A stretch of 64,000 bases of DNA from Octopus sinensis (taxonomy: Eukaryota). The stretch lies in NCBI RefSeq assembly GCF_006345805.1, contig NC_043000.1:153264001-153328000 (forward strand), given 5' to 3'. Under the pieces are notes generated by a model. That model made no database searches and was not told the DNA's origin. It saw nothing but the letters and a program-made list of their open reading frames with translations. Position 1 is the stretch's first letter. Every line of letters begins with the position of its first letter. Positions 1 to 13,015 of the stretch are shown in pieces. The position numbers and the translations under genes were made by a program.

Positions 1-60
1 TATCTGTTTCTTTTGTACACCACCTGTCTTTGACTTTTGTTTTTTTCGTAACTCTCCCTA
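1..60 (+). repeat. 3' fragment of short Penelope-like repeat family P1, abutting (TA)n
   Basis: ATCTGTTT..CACCTGTCTT..CTCTCCCTATATA matches the ends of the copies at 13940-14097, 34563-34625, 32385-32620(-) and 51900-52065(-). Confidence 0.7.
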
Positions 61-65
61 TATAT

Positions 66-96
<31 letters not shown>

Positions 97-101
97 ATAA
101 A

Positions 102-264
102 CGACGGCTTCTTTTTTTTTCCCGTCTACCATATCCATTAACAAGGTTTTGGTCGGCCCAAGGTTATGGTAGTAGAGACTTGTCCAAGACGCGACGTACT
201 AGGACTGAACTCGAAACCATGTGTTGGGAGTAAGCTTGTTACCACACAGCTACAGCTGCGCCTC
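102..264 (-). mobile_element. CORE-type tRNA-derived SINE, 5' part (degenerate)
   Basis: The reverse complement resembles the head and core of the full copy at 959-1451. Confidence 0.75.
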
Positions 265-364
265 AGAGTGTATATACATATATACATACACATACACAAA
301 AATCAACGCATACGTTTATGTCTTTCTGTACACACATATACACCGGTATCCACTCACACACATG

Positions 365-367
<3 letters not shown>

Positions 368-428
<61 letters not shown>

Positions 429-556
429 ATACATATATATTATACATATATATATATATATATACACTATATATATATATAATATATATATATACTATAT
501 ATATATATATATAATATATATATATATATATGGTGTGTGTGTGTGTGTGTGTGTGC
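368..556. repeat. (TA)n/(GT)n microsatellite
   Basis: Direct reading of the sequence. Confidence 0.98.
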
Positions 557-958
557 ATGTATACATGTGGCGCGTGTAAGTGTGAAAATCTGTCTGCATG
601 TGTGTATGGGGGTGTGCGTGTGCGTGCATGCACTCACATATTTTTATGTACCACATGTATGTACACGTACATGCAACAACAACGCATACATATATATCTA
701 TATCATGAGCTTATATTTACGCCTCCCCAATGTGCACATATGTATACGAGGCCACACTTTCATACATTGCTTATTCGCTTAATAAATACAATTGCAATTT
801 ACATTTGACACCTTTTTAAAAATTAATCTCCGTTACTAATTCAAATACCACAATCATATTCATGAATAAATTTCTTTTTTACACTCATACATATGCGTCT
901 TTACTGAGTTTCCTATGTTGCAGCTTATGTGCAATAAAAGGGGTACGTGACTGTGTAT

Positions 959-1183
959 TACTCTTTTACTCTTACTCTTTTACTTGTTTCAGTCATTTGA
1001 CTGCGGCCATGCTGGAGCACCGCCTTTAGTCGAGCAAATCGACCCCAGGACTTTTTCTTTGTAAACCCAGTACTTATTCTATCGGTCTGTTTTGCCGAAC
1101 CGCTAAGTAACGGCGACGTAAACACACCAGCATCGGTTGTCAAGCAATGCTAAGGGGACAAACACAGACACACAAACACACAC

Positions 1184-1217
<34 letters not shown>

Positions 1218-1451
1218 TATATATATATATATATATAATTATATATAATATATAATATATATATATATATGTATATCTACATATATACGACGGGCTTCTT
1301 TCAGGTTCCGTCTACCAAATCCACTCACAAGGTATTGGTCGGCCCGGGGCTATAGCAGAAGACACTTGCCCAAGATGCCACGCAGTGTGACTGAACCCGC
1401 AACCATGTGGTTGGTAAACAAACTACTTACCACACAGCCACTCCTGCGCCT
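959..1451 (-). mobile_element. CORE-type tRNA-derived SINE (octopus OR2-like), full length
   Basis: Minus strand: tRNA-like head AGGCGCAGGAGTGGCTGTGTGGTAAG with a B-box-like GGTTCAGTC, CORE-like GGCATCTTGGGCAAGTGTCTT, internal (TA)/(TG) tract and (AAAGAGT)n tail; at least 9 similar copies in the window. The OR2 name is from recall. Confidence 0.9.
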
Positions 1452-1831
1452 ATGTGTACGAATGTCTGTCTACATCGACGTATAAGCTGCTGTCTTTGTT
1501 TCTTTTTTCAAATTCTGCGTGTATATGATCTATAACAGCGTTCTTATTTATATCCGATTCTATGTATCCGTTTTTACCTATTATCTATTTTTATATTAAA
1601 ATCGGCATGTGTCTTGTTTTAAAAATGCCTCATATGAAAGTCATATGCCTCATCGTGCTAATTTGTGTCTAAGGTTTGTGTCCGTCTAAACGTGTGCTGA
1701 TGTGTGTATGTAAATGTGTATGTATGTATGTATGTATGTAGTATGTATGTATGTATGTATGTATGTATGTATGTATGTATGCATGTATGTATGTATGTAT
1801 GTATGTATGTATGCATGTATGTATGTATGTA

Positions 1832-2030
1832 ATTATTCAGTTTATTTCAAGAATTCTTGCTAATAGAGAAACAACCGGTTTCTAACCTAGATCCAAGGTT
1901 CCTTAGGGTATTTTTGTATGTATATGTGTGCAGATTTGTATATTTTATGTATGTATTTTCATGCATATAGTTACATATCTAGATATACTTATATATAAAT
2001 GATAAACTTCTGGAAAGTTTTACGTACGGA
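1832..2030 (-). repeat. Short Penelope-like repeat family P2 between (TATG)n tracts
   Basis: Similar to 45795-46085 and 46351-46710; the minus strand has stem-loop-GAAACCGGT and ends GAAATAAACTGAATAAT before (CATA)n. Confidence 0.65.
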
Positions 2031-2165
2031 CGTATGTACTTATGTATGTATGTATGCATGTATGTATGTATGTATGTATGTATGTATGTATGCATGTATG
2101 TATGTATGCATGTATGTATATATGTATGTATGTATTATGTATGTATTTATGCGTGTGTCTATGTA

Positions 2166-3688
2166 CGACGATGGCTTGAAAAGTTCATGGGATAACTATG
2201 AAGGAGTGATGCTAGAATTGTGTAATCTTGTATGTATTAATTTCAACTCTCCTTATTAATAAGTTCATTGATTCTTTTTTCAAGTAAAATGACATCTGAC
2301 TGTTCAAAAGAAGACTTCAAAAGTAACCAGCATCGCCTTCTCTCGAATGTGATCAAAAATTTGGCATTGTGTTATTATCAAGTACCTGCGGAAAAAGGAT
2401 TTAGCCTCCAACAATATTCATGCTGACTTGATTGCTACATTAGGGGATGACGCTCCAGCTTTATCAACAGCGAAGAATTGGGCAACTGAATTTAGGTGGA
2501 GAAGGGAGAGTCTTGGAGGCAATCCAAGGTTTTTACGTCCAGTAACTGCCACCACCGAAAAAATATTGATCGTTTTCACCACATTGTAATGGATGACAGG
2601 TGATTGACTATAAAGGCGGCGAGCTGGCAGAAGCGTTAGCACGCCGGGCGAAATGCTTTGCAGTATTTCGTCTGCTGTTACGTTGTGAGTTCAAATTCCG
2701 CCGAGGTCGACTTTGCCTTTCATCCTTTCGGGGTCAATAAATTAAGCACCAGTTACGCACTGGGGTCGATGTAATCGACTTAATACCTATGTCTGTCCTT
2801 GTTTGTCCCCTCTATGTTTAGCCCCTTGTGGGTAATAAAGAAATAGGTGATTGACTATAAATTAAATAGTCAATGCTATCTGCATGTCCGTTAGAGATTT
2901 GAGAATATTCTGGACAATGAACTTGGTATGACGATTTATGCTCGGGTGGATGCCATGTCTTCTGACACCTGATCAAATGCGCATCAAGCTGATCACATCA
3001 CGGAGAAATCTGACATTGTTTGAGGCAGACCCAACTGGTTTTCTTGAACGTTTCCTAACCACGGATGACCGTTGACTTCATTGCCTTAATCCAGAGACAA
3101 AGAAGCAATCCTTGCAGTTGAAACAACCCAAAGAATGTCAAGGTCGTTTCATTTGAGGGGTAACTACCTTAGATTTTTGCGACGCAAAAGACATTGTGTT
3201 TACTGACTATCTTCAAAAAGGCCACTCTACCAATGGAGAGTACTATGGCAACTTGCTGAGACAGTTACGAAACGCTATCAACGCCCTGGGAAACTGACGA
3301 AAGGAAGGGGTCTTATTTCATCAGGGCAATGCTCCAGCGCACAAGTCCTTGGTTTCAATGACTGTTGCGCGTGGCTGTGGCGCTGAACTGGTTAGTCACC
3401 TTCCCTCTTCTCCTGATTTGGACCCATCTGTTCTTTAATGTAAAAAAACAAAAAAAAATCACGTGACTGAAACCAATATCGCAGTGACGATGACGTCATA
3501 TCTGCTGTGATGAATGTTTTGGCCAACAGAATAAAAGTTTCTTCACTAATGGGACCCAAGAACGACTACTCCGATGGAAGAAGTGTGTGGACCGCAAGCG
3601 GGGTTATATTGAGAAAAAAATCCTCATTTTGTCATATTCCTTGAGAGTATCTTGATCAGACTATGAATTTTCAGCTGAGACACCTATC
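2166..3688 (+). mobile_element. Decayed mariner transposon interrupted by a SINE
   Basis: Broken translation IKYLRKK..APALSTAKNWATEF..WMPCLLTPDQ (WVPRLL-like)..FLTTDD..VLFHQGNAPAH..HLPSSPDLDPS (YSPDLAP-like); degenerate TIRs near 2166 (CGACGATGGCTTGAAAAGTTCAT) and 3661-3688; many stops and frameshifts. Confidence 0.9.
2615..2844 (+). mobile_element. tRNA-derived SINE family M, tail type A
   Basis: A-box-like TGGCAGAAGCGTTAG, B-box GAGTTCAAATTCC, central GCCTTTCATCCTTTCGGGGTC..AAATTAAGCACCAG (Meta-domain-like, from recall); 17-bp TSD AGGTGATTGACTATAAA at 2598-2614 and 2845-2861. Confidence 0.95.
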
Positions 3689-4036
3689 TATATTCAGCCA
3701 TAAATCTGATTATCGCCATTTGGATTTAATTACGCTAGTGTGTTTGTATATATGCTAACTGTATGTATATATATATGTGTGTGTGTGTGTGTAGGTATGT
3801 TTTCTCATACATATTTGTGTATATGTGTATATATATGTGTGTGTGTGTGTAAGTGTATACATGTGTGTATGTGAGTGTAGGAGTAGGTGTGTGTGTATGT
3901 ATTGTTTATGTGTATGCACATTTGTATATAACTATGTATGTATGTGTATGAATGTATGAGTGTGTATATATATATCTATATCTGTATATATCCATGTATA
4001 TACATGTGTGTGTGTTTGTATGTATGTATGTATGTA

Positions 4037-5132
4037 TTAGTTCATCCCATAAATAATGCGATTTTTAAATACTTCTTTTATTTATCAAAATTAAGATAAT
4101 TTCTTTTGTAATCTAAAATATACTCTCCTTCATTTTCTACAATGCTCTTCCATTTATTTGGTAGACTTGCAAGGTCCCTCTTCCAAAATTCACTTGTCCG
4201 TGACGAAAAATACTCCTTCAGTACTGCTCTGAACTCGTCTTTTCCGTCAAAATGATTTTGAAGACTGCAGAATAAATGATAATCAGTTAGAACAATGTTC
4301 GGCGAATATGATGAATGATGCATCATTTCCCATTCAAACTGCTCCAGCCTTGGAGTTTCATCCCCGCTGTATGAGGCCGAGCATTATCCTGATGGAAAAA
4401 CACCTTTCGTCTTGAAACCAAAGATGGTCGTTTGTCTTCTATCTCCGACTTAAACCGCTCAAGTTGCTTGCAGTAGATCTCCTTTGCTATCGTTTGGTTT
4501 GGGTTTAAAAGTTCAAAGTGGACTAAAGCTTTCGTATCCCACCGAACAGGTAACAACATCTTAAGTAGGTAACGAACTTTTTTGACCTGGGGTGCCGGTT
4601 ATTCTCCTTTCTCTACCCACTTTCTGCGGCACTTCACATTTTTATAGAGAAGCCATCTCTCTTCCCCAGTCACTATTCGGTCCAAAAAGAGTTCATTTGT
4701 GATACATGATAGCAAGGAAGAGCACACATTAAATCTCTAGGCGCGATTAGACTCAGAACTCATTGACCCAATTTGCTGACTTTTCCGATGGCACGCAGGC
4801 GTTGATGAATGGTTGAATGACCAAATCCAAGCTTATGGCTTATGCCTATTTTCCGATCCCCATATACTGCATTAATATTCCTCGCTCTTTCCGCTGCGTT
4901 GTTGCCTTTATTGAACTCATACAGCAAAATATGCCGAATATGCCCCTTTGTCACTTCCATTATAGTTTTGAAAAAATAACTGCACTTTTCAAAACTTGCA
5001 CTAAGAATAAGATTAAAGGTTAAATTACTACCTGCGTGTATAGCATGTTGATGCAGGGAGTTTATTCCGCCCCTCCGACTTTTAGCTCATGCAATTGAAA
5101 AAAAAACCCGCATCATTTATGGGATGACCCTA
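4037..5132 (-). mobile_element. Decayed, internally deleted mariner transposon (Hsmar1/SETMAR-like group)
   Basis: TIRs TTAGTTCATCCCATAAATAATGCG and CGCATCATTTATGGGATGACCCTA, with TA at 4035-36 and 5133-34. ORF pieces HIRHILLYEFNKGNNAAERARNIN, WDTKALVHFELL..FHQDNARPH, HSSYSPNIVLTDYHLF. Confidence 0.95.
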
Positions 5133-5197
5133 TAGATGTGGTTTAAGTTATGTATATGTGCGTACGTGTGTATGTGGTGGTGTATGCATATATACAG

Positions 5198-5417
5198 CTG
5201 GCAGACTCGTTAGCGCGCCGGGCGAAATGCTTAGCGGTATTTTGTCTGTCGTTACGTTCTGAGTTCAATTTCTGCCGAGGTTGACTTTGCCTTTCATCCT
5301 TTCGAGGTCGATAAATTAAGTACCAGTTACGCACTGGGGTCGATGTAATCGACTTAATCCCTTTGTCTGTCCTTGTTTGTCCCCTCTATGTTTAGCCCCT
5401 TGTAGGCAATAAAGAAA
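5198..5417 (+). mobile_element. SINE family M, tail A
   Basis: Same sequence family as 2615-2844; TSD CATATATACAG at 5187-5197 and 5418-5428. Confidence 0.95.
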
Positions 5418-5736
5418 CATATATACAGACGTGTTACTACAATCTTCGGCTCTCTCTTTCTGTCTGTGTCTCTCTCTTTCTCTCTCTTCTTTCTGTATTA
5501 CTAGATTTTCACTTCATTCTTTCCCCCACCTATCTATACCCATGATTCCGAACTGTGTAGAAACCTATCATCCGAATGTAAATTTTGTATTATATTTGAT
5601 TCTCCGCCTGAAGATTTTCTAATAGGAAGTTTCTGATATGTTTATCCTACATGTACAGTTTTGTAATTACTATTAGCAAATGAAACATGTGTAATAGTGA
5701 ATAAATAATACCCAAATTTTTTTCCAACCTCCTCTT

Positions 5737-5744
<8 letters not shown>

Positions 5745-5803
<59 letters not shown>

Positions 5804-5928
5804 CACATATACATATACACATATATATATATATACATACACATACGTACATATATATATATATATATATAATATATATATATATACACATATATATACA
5901 CATATATATATATATACATACACATACG

Positions 5929-5982
<54 letters not shown>

Positions 5983-6009
5983 CATATGTACGTATGTGTA
6001 TGTATGTGT

Positions 6010-6058
<49 letters not shown>

Positions 6059-6073
6059 GTACGTATGTGTATG

Positions 6074-6140
<67 letters not shown>

Positions 6141-6195
6141 CGTATGTGTATGTATATATATACACATATACATATACACATATATATATATGTGA
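5745..6195. repeat. (TA)n-based imperfect palindrome
   Basis: CATACACATACGTACAT units in the left half and their reverse complements in the right half. Confidence 0.85.
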
Positions 6196-7002
6196 ATATT
6201 AAAGTTGTGTGAACGAATATGTGTGTATTTACAAATGTTCATATGTAATTTATGCCTCTTTATTCTTATAGAGACACGTATTACTTACATAAAATATAGA
6301 CCTAAACAAAAGCAACACAAAAAAAAAAGAAAAATGCACATACTTACATACATACATACATACATACATCTACACTTCCATACACGAGCACATTCATACG
6401 TGCATACATACATTTACATAGGTTCGCGCGTACATACGTACAACAAACCAAACTAAGCATATGACTTTAATAATTATAAAACTCTACAAATAAACGCGAC
6501 CCATCTTTTAGATTCCCACCACTTTTAAAAAAAAGAGAAACAGCGCACACAAAGATAGAATTGTACGTAAAATGCTATTCTAAATCAGAACCATTCCGCT
6601 TTTCCTTCTCTTCTGCCAGACAGAAATTGTTCTATTGATGATGTCTGCTTGTCCTTCTTTCTTTTCTTAATCTTTTCTATACAGCTCAAAGATGTTCATA
6701 CCAATGTCTTCTCCTGCATACATACATAACATTATTTTCAACACCACCACACCACTGTCGTTCGAAATGTGTGTGCTCCACTTACTTATTGCTGTTGTTG
6801 TTGTTGCTGTTGTTTGCTTGATTTTTTTGGGGGGTTTTCTTTTTTTTTATTCTTATTCATTTTTTTTTTGTGTTTTTTTTTTTTACTTGTGCCTTTGAGT
6901 TAATTTCTCAGCCTCTTACCACTGTACAGGTTTGGCATATATCAGGCGTCAAACCACATTCATTTGAAGAGGTATACGCTTTAGTTTTATGACTCTCTAA
7001 TG

Positions 7003-7104
7003 TACTACTACTACTACTACTACTACTAATACTAATAATACTACTACCACTACTATTACTACTACTACTACTACTACTACTACTACCACTACTACTACTA
7101 CTAT

Positions 7105-7136
<32 letters not shown>

Positions 7137-7159
7137 TATTGCTGCTGCTGCTGCTACTA

Positions 7160-7206
<47 letters not shown>

Positions 7207-7270
7207 TACTACTACTACTACTGCTACTACTACTACTGCTACTACTAATGCTGCTGCTGCTGCTACTACC

Positions 7271-7304
<34 letters not shown>

Positions 7305-7337
7305 TTACTGCTACTACTACTACTACTACTACTACTG
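7003..7337. repeat. Compound (ACT)n/(GCT)n/(ACC)n microsatellite
   Basis: Direct reading of the sequence. Confidence 0.97.
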
Positions 7338-7611
7338 GAGCCGATGGAAGAATTTCTGCAGTACAACATTTTCCCCTCCACCCCCACCCCTTCCTTCCAC
7401 GACTAATGTGCCAACGATGTAGTCTCTATGCTGTCCCTCAGATTGCTAGAAATAGATTGTGAGATGGAATTGATGATTTAGTGTTCATAGCTTCCTTGAC
7501 GTTTACTAAAGAACGTATATGAGATAAAATATTCTGTCGGGTCGCTATAATTTGCATATTTCGTACATTAAAAAAAAAAATTTTGACAATACAACATCGC
7601 CACTTACAAAT

Positions 7612-8065
7612 CACTATCATCATCATTGTTCGACTGTGGTCGAGACAATGCAATTTACCATGCTACGCCAGACTTCACGGTCCATCATAGCATTACGGTG
7701 GTCCTGTTGCTGGATGCCTGTATCCCTGGAGATTACATCAGGGTAGGAGAGTGTGCGCCCTCAGGTATTGCGAGTAGATGGCTTCCAGAGGAGAAGAGTA
7801 GAAATTACCTCGTTTTCAGCTCTACAACAATGTCCAGCAAACTGGACTCTCCTACCTTTCGCAAGAGATGACACAGGTGGTAGTTTCCCATATATTTGCA
7901 TTTTGGTTGGATGGCGCTTCCACGAGAGATTTTGAGCTCTCATAAGGAGGCGAGTGTAAGTTCCATCCAACCGCCTCTCAAGCTTCTTTGATAACGTCCA
8001 GGTTTCTGAGCCATATTGTAGAATTGGTTCGACTGTGGCTTTGAAGATTTCAATATTTCAAATCA
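7612..8065 (-). mobile_element. RTE-clade LINE, 5'-truncated 3' end
   Basis: Translation KIFKATVEPILQYGSETWTLSKKLERRLDGTYTRLLMRAQNLSWKRHP..VQFAGHCCR..RGRTLSYPDVISRD..DREVW, with a (TGA)n tail; close to 26231-26545. Confidence 0.92.
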
Positions 8066-9329
8066 CTATAATATAAGCGTTTCATCTTTCAGTCAAAGAT
8101 TCAAAAATACTCGTAACTGATAAACACTGAAGATATGATTGAAAATGTAGATACAGCTGGAAATGACGAGAAAACCAAAGGAATTCGTTCGACTGATTGG
8201 ATATATCAACTGAAATGTTTTAAAACACACAACAATCTTTCTTAAAAAATGATGCGAACATTGGATAATGTGGTCTAATATACATTGTATTTAAAGAGAA
8301 TAGCGGGATGGTTCCCGATGGAATCTTTGTTCAAGCTGAACAACAGCAGTCTTTATATGTCGCTTGGTTTAACACCACTACTTGGCCACTGGATGTTATT
8401 ACGTGGATATACCTTGTTGCAAGATAGAGAACGGGTCGTAGTATCGTTCTCCCTTACCTATTGTCTTGGAGATCCTGCGTTATAGATCATGGTCTGTTAC
8501 ATCCAAGAGGTCAGCAAGACAAGTTTTTATGTTGGCTTGGAATGAGCAGAGGTACTTTTGCACCTAAGTTGAGAATGGAAACGTGAAGTAGAAGAAATGT
8601 TTTGAATGTGTCTGCTACGGAGCTGGAAGTGATGGCATCAAAGAAATCGATTGAGTGCTGCTAATAGACTTCTCTGTTATTGAGAAACAGCAATGAAAAA
8701 TATTCTGTTCCAATTTATAAGGTGGAACTATTTTCAGGCTGTAGGATGCATTAAATCATCCTATGCCTTTGTTATTTAATAGGCGTTGTAGAATGAGAAA
8801 AAAATTTGCAGTGAGTGATAATTGGATGACTTCTTCCAGGTCTTTTAACCCGAATTCTTTAGTCGTACTCCTGCTGCACCGATGAGATGAGAGTTTATTC
8901 TTTGGAGATTCTAGGTCGTTTGCTGTGTAAGAGAAATGAGAAAGCATCATACTTACAAGTTTAGTCTTGTTCACTCACTGAAATGTTTCGGAATGGGCTA
9001 GGATGAAACTGTATTTAAATATGTATATATAACTGAATGTGTGTGTTCTGGACCATATTAAGTATGATAAATTTTTTTGCATGTAAGATTTTTCATGTAT
9101 GTTATAATATTTGTACATATCAAGACATAATAAAAATATATGTATGCGCATGTGGCAGTCAGGTAAACCAAGATGCTAACATTCGATATGAGATAGAAAA
9201 AACCAGCCCGGCAGTTTGGATGCAGTAACCAGAGCCTCCTTCTCTCCATATTGGTATTCTCATCGGCCCAGCCTACCTAGCTGCAAGTAGGTACATCAAA
9301 AAAGTAATCGAGTCTTCACGTAATCACTC

Positions 9330-9640
9330 AACTTCGAATAAATGATCACAGCTACTCGATTACGATACTGTTGTGTGGACACCCCCAGACGATGAAGTAG
9401 GCTTGCCCAATACGTAGATATAGAGGGAAAAGCCTAGACGTCGAAGACTAGAGAGGAGTAGAGCAGTGTTCAGTAGAGGTCATCCGAACGTGCGACATAA
9501 CAGATTCACTTGGGTTAAACAACAACTATAGAGTAGTAATGGGCACCTCTATAATAAGCGACGCTACTTTAAAAAAGGACTCCGATTCTTTCCTTATGGT
9601 GTAGTTTTGTGATGGCCGGCTTTAACGAAGCTAACATATG
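9330..9640 (+). mobile_element. Highly decayed LINE C-terminal relic (CR1/L2/Jockey group?)
   Basis: LLDYDTVVWTP (resembles LEY.S.VWSP) and RRYFKKGLRFFPYGVVL*W (resembles the SFFPR....WN end); otherwise broken. Confidence 0.4.
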
Positions 9641-10328
9641 CGACGAGACACTCTTTAAATATTATGCCACGATTCGTCGAACCAACAACCATATACATTA
9701 AAGTAGCAGCAACACTTAGATTTTTATCTTCTTTCTACAGCTAACAGACAAAATTCAATTCACACAAAATTGTTTGCGTTCATCAATCAGCTTATCACTA
9801 GCTACCTTAATTATCTAAATCTATGATATTGGTGAGACGACTCCAGTTGTCTCGACACAAAACATTGTTTATTGAGTGTCGTCCAATCAATGGACACGAT
9901 TCTATCATGTGATGTTTTTCAATCCCAAATCGTTTATTATTTAAGCTTACTTCGATTCGTCGGAGGGGTCTCTTTATTGACTCTATCAGATTAGATATAC
10001 ATTAGATATACATTGACTCATTGGTGTGAATTTACTTTTTTCACCGTAGCACGCTTATTGTGGTACAGACGGTTCATTTTACATCATGGACAATTGAAGT
10101 TACAGTTCGCCATTTTGCCCTTTGGTTTAGAATTGTTGCAATGTTTCTTTGTTCGTTAATAAAGTTATTATCTGAGCACGATATCACTATTTGTCTGAAG
10201 TTATAACTATTGGTCCATTTTAATTATTTCCGTAGGCTCATTTTTTGTAATTACGCAGATTTCTATTGGTTAAAATTTTTCGAAGATCTTGTTCTAGTAG
10301 CAGGCTAGAGAAACTTATAAATATTTCT

Positions 10329-10369
10329 CTGATGAGGTGTAATAACACTGAAACAGGTCCATAGCTGTC
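10329..10369 (+). ncRNA. Hammerhead ribozyme core relic (stem I broken)
   Basis: CTGATGA-GGTGT aata ACACT-GAAA-CAG gtccatag CTG-TC; no stem I partner downstream of the GUC. Confidence 0.5.
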
Positions 10370-10646
10370 CGCTGCTAAAAAAGCTTAGGCTCTCTTCCCA
10401 CCACGACATCCACCATCATATCACCATAAAATAATTATTTCTTGAAATTATGCTCCCCATCCTTGATCTAGTTTGTAATTCACCGATAATTGCCTATAGT
10501 TTATGACTTTCTTTTTCTAATTAAAAGATAAATTTCAGTTAACCGAGAATATGTTGTTTTCTGCATATGTCATTCAGTAAATTAGCATGCAATTGATAAA
10601 AGAACGTATAAATGGCAATTGATAAAAGAACGTATAAATGGGTATA

Positions 10647-10859
10647 CAAGGTGGGGCTGAAAAGTTCCTGATTTGGGGTAAAAGAAACAGGAGTATCAGT
10701 TAATTATGACTTTAATTAAGATATTCCTCTCTCAGATTTAAACACTTATTGCCGTGGTCTTTCAGTCTTTTTCAGCCTTGTAAAACAACTCGGAAGGTTA
10801 GGCCTCCAGCCAGGCTTTTGCGATAACCTTAAGGCCAGAAACTTTTCAGCAACCCCTCG
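10647..10859. mobile_element. Mariner-type MITE
   Basis: Imperfect TIRs CAAGGTGGGGCTGAAAAGTTCC and AGAAACTTTTCAGCAACCCCTCG, TA on the left flank, no ORF; the TIR resembles that of the mariner at 2166. Confidence 0.8.
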
Positions 10860-11107
10860 TGTACATGTGCTGTGGTTAGTTAAGCCCAACCCGAATTTGC
10901 TAGTGCAGATTTAGGTGCAACTGTTTGCATTAATGCAGCAGGATGTCATTTCAGGCAGATTTTGCTATTGCTAGAAGGTCAAGCGGTCATACAGAGGTTT
11001 CCTCTTTTGCCTGGACTCAACGATAGGAAGATAAATGCATAATATACTGGTTGTTTGTAGATACATCGTTAAGGTTTGGGCGTTTATGCATGCATAGATG
11101 CATGCTT

Positions 11108-12457
11108 GGGTATGTGTGTGTATGTGTGTATGTGTGTGTGCGCGAGTGTATGTGTGTGCGTGTGTATGTGTGTATGTGGGTGTGAATGTGTATGTGTGTG
11201 TGCGTGAGTGTATGTGTGTGCGTGTGTATGTGTGTATGTGTGCATGTGGGTGTGAATATGTATGTGTGTGTGCGTGAGTGTATGTGTGTATGTGTGTATG
11301 TGGGTGTGAATGTGGTATGTGTGTGCGTGAGTGTATGTGTGTGCGCGTGTATGTGTGTATGTGTGTATGTGGGTGTGAATGTGTATGTGTGTGTGCGCGA
11401 GTGTATGTGTGTGCGTGTGTATGTGTGTATGTGTGCATGTGGGTGTGAATATGTATGTGTGTGTGCGTGAGTGTATGTGTGTGCTTGTGTATGTGGGTGT
11501 ATATGTGTGTGTGTGTGCGTGAGTGTATGTGTGTGCGTGTGTATGTGTGTATGTGTGTATGTGGGTGTGAATGTGTGTGTGCGCATGAGTGTATGTGTGT
11601 GCGTTCGTATGTGCGTGTATATGTGTGTGTGTGCGTGAGTGTATGTGTGTGCGTGTGTATGTGTGTATGTGTGTATGTAGGTGTGAATGTGTATGTGTGT
11701 GTGCGCATGAGTATATGTGTGTGCGTTTGTATGTGCGTGTATATGTGTGTGTGTGTGCGTGAGTGTATGTGTGTGCGTGTGTATGTGTGTATGTGAGTGT
11801 GAATGTGTATGTGTGTGCGCATGAGTGTATGTGTGTGCGTTTGTATGTGCGTGTATATGTGTGTGTGTGTGCGTGAGTGTATGTGCGTGCGTGTGTATGT
11901 GTGTATGTGTGCATGTGGGTGTGAATATGTATGTGTGTGTGCGTGAGTGTATGTGTGTGCATGTGTATGTGGGTGTATATGTGTGTGTGTGTGCGTGAGT
12001 GTATGTGTGTGCGTGTGTATGTGTGTATGTGTGTATGTGTGTGTGAATGTGTGTGTGCGCATGAGTGTATGTGTGTGCGTTTGTATGTGCGTGTATATGT
12101 GTGTGTGTGTGCGTGAGTGTATGTGTGTGCGTGTGTATGTGTGTATGTGTGTATGTGGGTGTGAATGTGTATGTGTGTGCGTGTGTATGTGCGTGTATAT
12201 GTGTGTGTGTGTGCGTGAGTGTATGTGTGTGCGTGTGTATGTGTGTATGTGTGTATGTGGGTGTGAATGTGTATGTGTGTGTGTGAGTGAGTGTATGTGT
12301 GTGCGTGTGTATGTGCGTGTATATGTGTGTGTGTGTGTGTGTGACTGTGTAGGTGTGTGTATGTGTGTGTATATGTGTCTGTATGTGTATGTGTGTGTAT
12401 GTATTGTGTGTGAGTTTGTGTGTGTGTCTGTACGTACGTGTGTGTGTGTGTGTGTGT
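11108..12457. repeat. GT-rich complex minisatellite (about 60-bp units, higher-order)
   Basis: Recurrent GTGCGTGAGTGTATGTGTGTGCGTGTGTATGTGTGTATGTG(G)GTGTGAAT units. Confidence 0.95.
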
Positions 12458-12632
12458 TCCAGTGAATGAAAGATTCTATACTTAGCTCTTCTGCGTGTTG
12501 GAGATGATTTTATTACTCGAGTCCTTCCGATGACAATTTTGTCTCATCCTTTTGGAGTCGATGAAATAACGTAACAGTAACATACTGGGGTCGATGTTAT
12601 TGACTAATCCCTCCCACTATGTACATTAAAAA

Positions 12633-12838
12633 AAAAACTGGCATTATCACTAGCACGCCGGAAAATACGAAACATTTTTTTGTTCGTCCTTAAGTTCTGA
12701 ATTCAAATTCTGCCGAGGTCGACTTGGCTTTCATCCTTTCAAGTTCGGTTGAATAAGTACCAGTTATGCAATGGGACCAATTATAATCGATAACTCATTC
12801 CATCAAATCTTTTAGGCTTTGTGCTTTCAATAGAAAAC
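12633..12838 (+). mobile_element. SINE family M, tail type B (degenerate)
   Basis: Head, B-box and central domain, ending AGGCTTTGTGC..TAGAAAACGATTATT. Confidence 0.8.
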
Positions 12839-12855
12839 GATTATTATTATTATTA

Positions 12856-12887
<32 letters not shown>

Positions 12888-12890
<3 letters not shown>

Positions 12891-13015
12891 GGGAACTTAA
12901 CTGGCCATTCTATTCCAATCTTCTTCAGCCTTTTGTCTATATCTTTGCTTACTGTTCTCAACGCACCAATTATCATAGGCACGACGTTTACTGTTCTCAT
13001 GCCCCAAATTCTTCC

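Noticed and set aside
2615-2705. tRNA gene calls for SINE heads (also 20340-20410, 60367-60440 and CORE-type heads)
   Set aside because: A/B boxes are present but no proper cloverleaf is evident, and each continues into a SINE body and tail.
8285-8974. Short ORFs next to the RTE fragment as further LINE or host coding sequence
   Set aside because: No RT, endonuclease or other motif was recognised in any of the six frames.
10971-12062. 363-aa His/Thr-rich ORF and overlapping ORFs
   Set aside because: Translation of the GT minisatellite; open in several frames on both strands.
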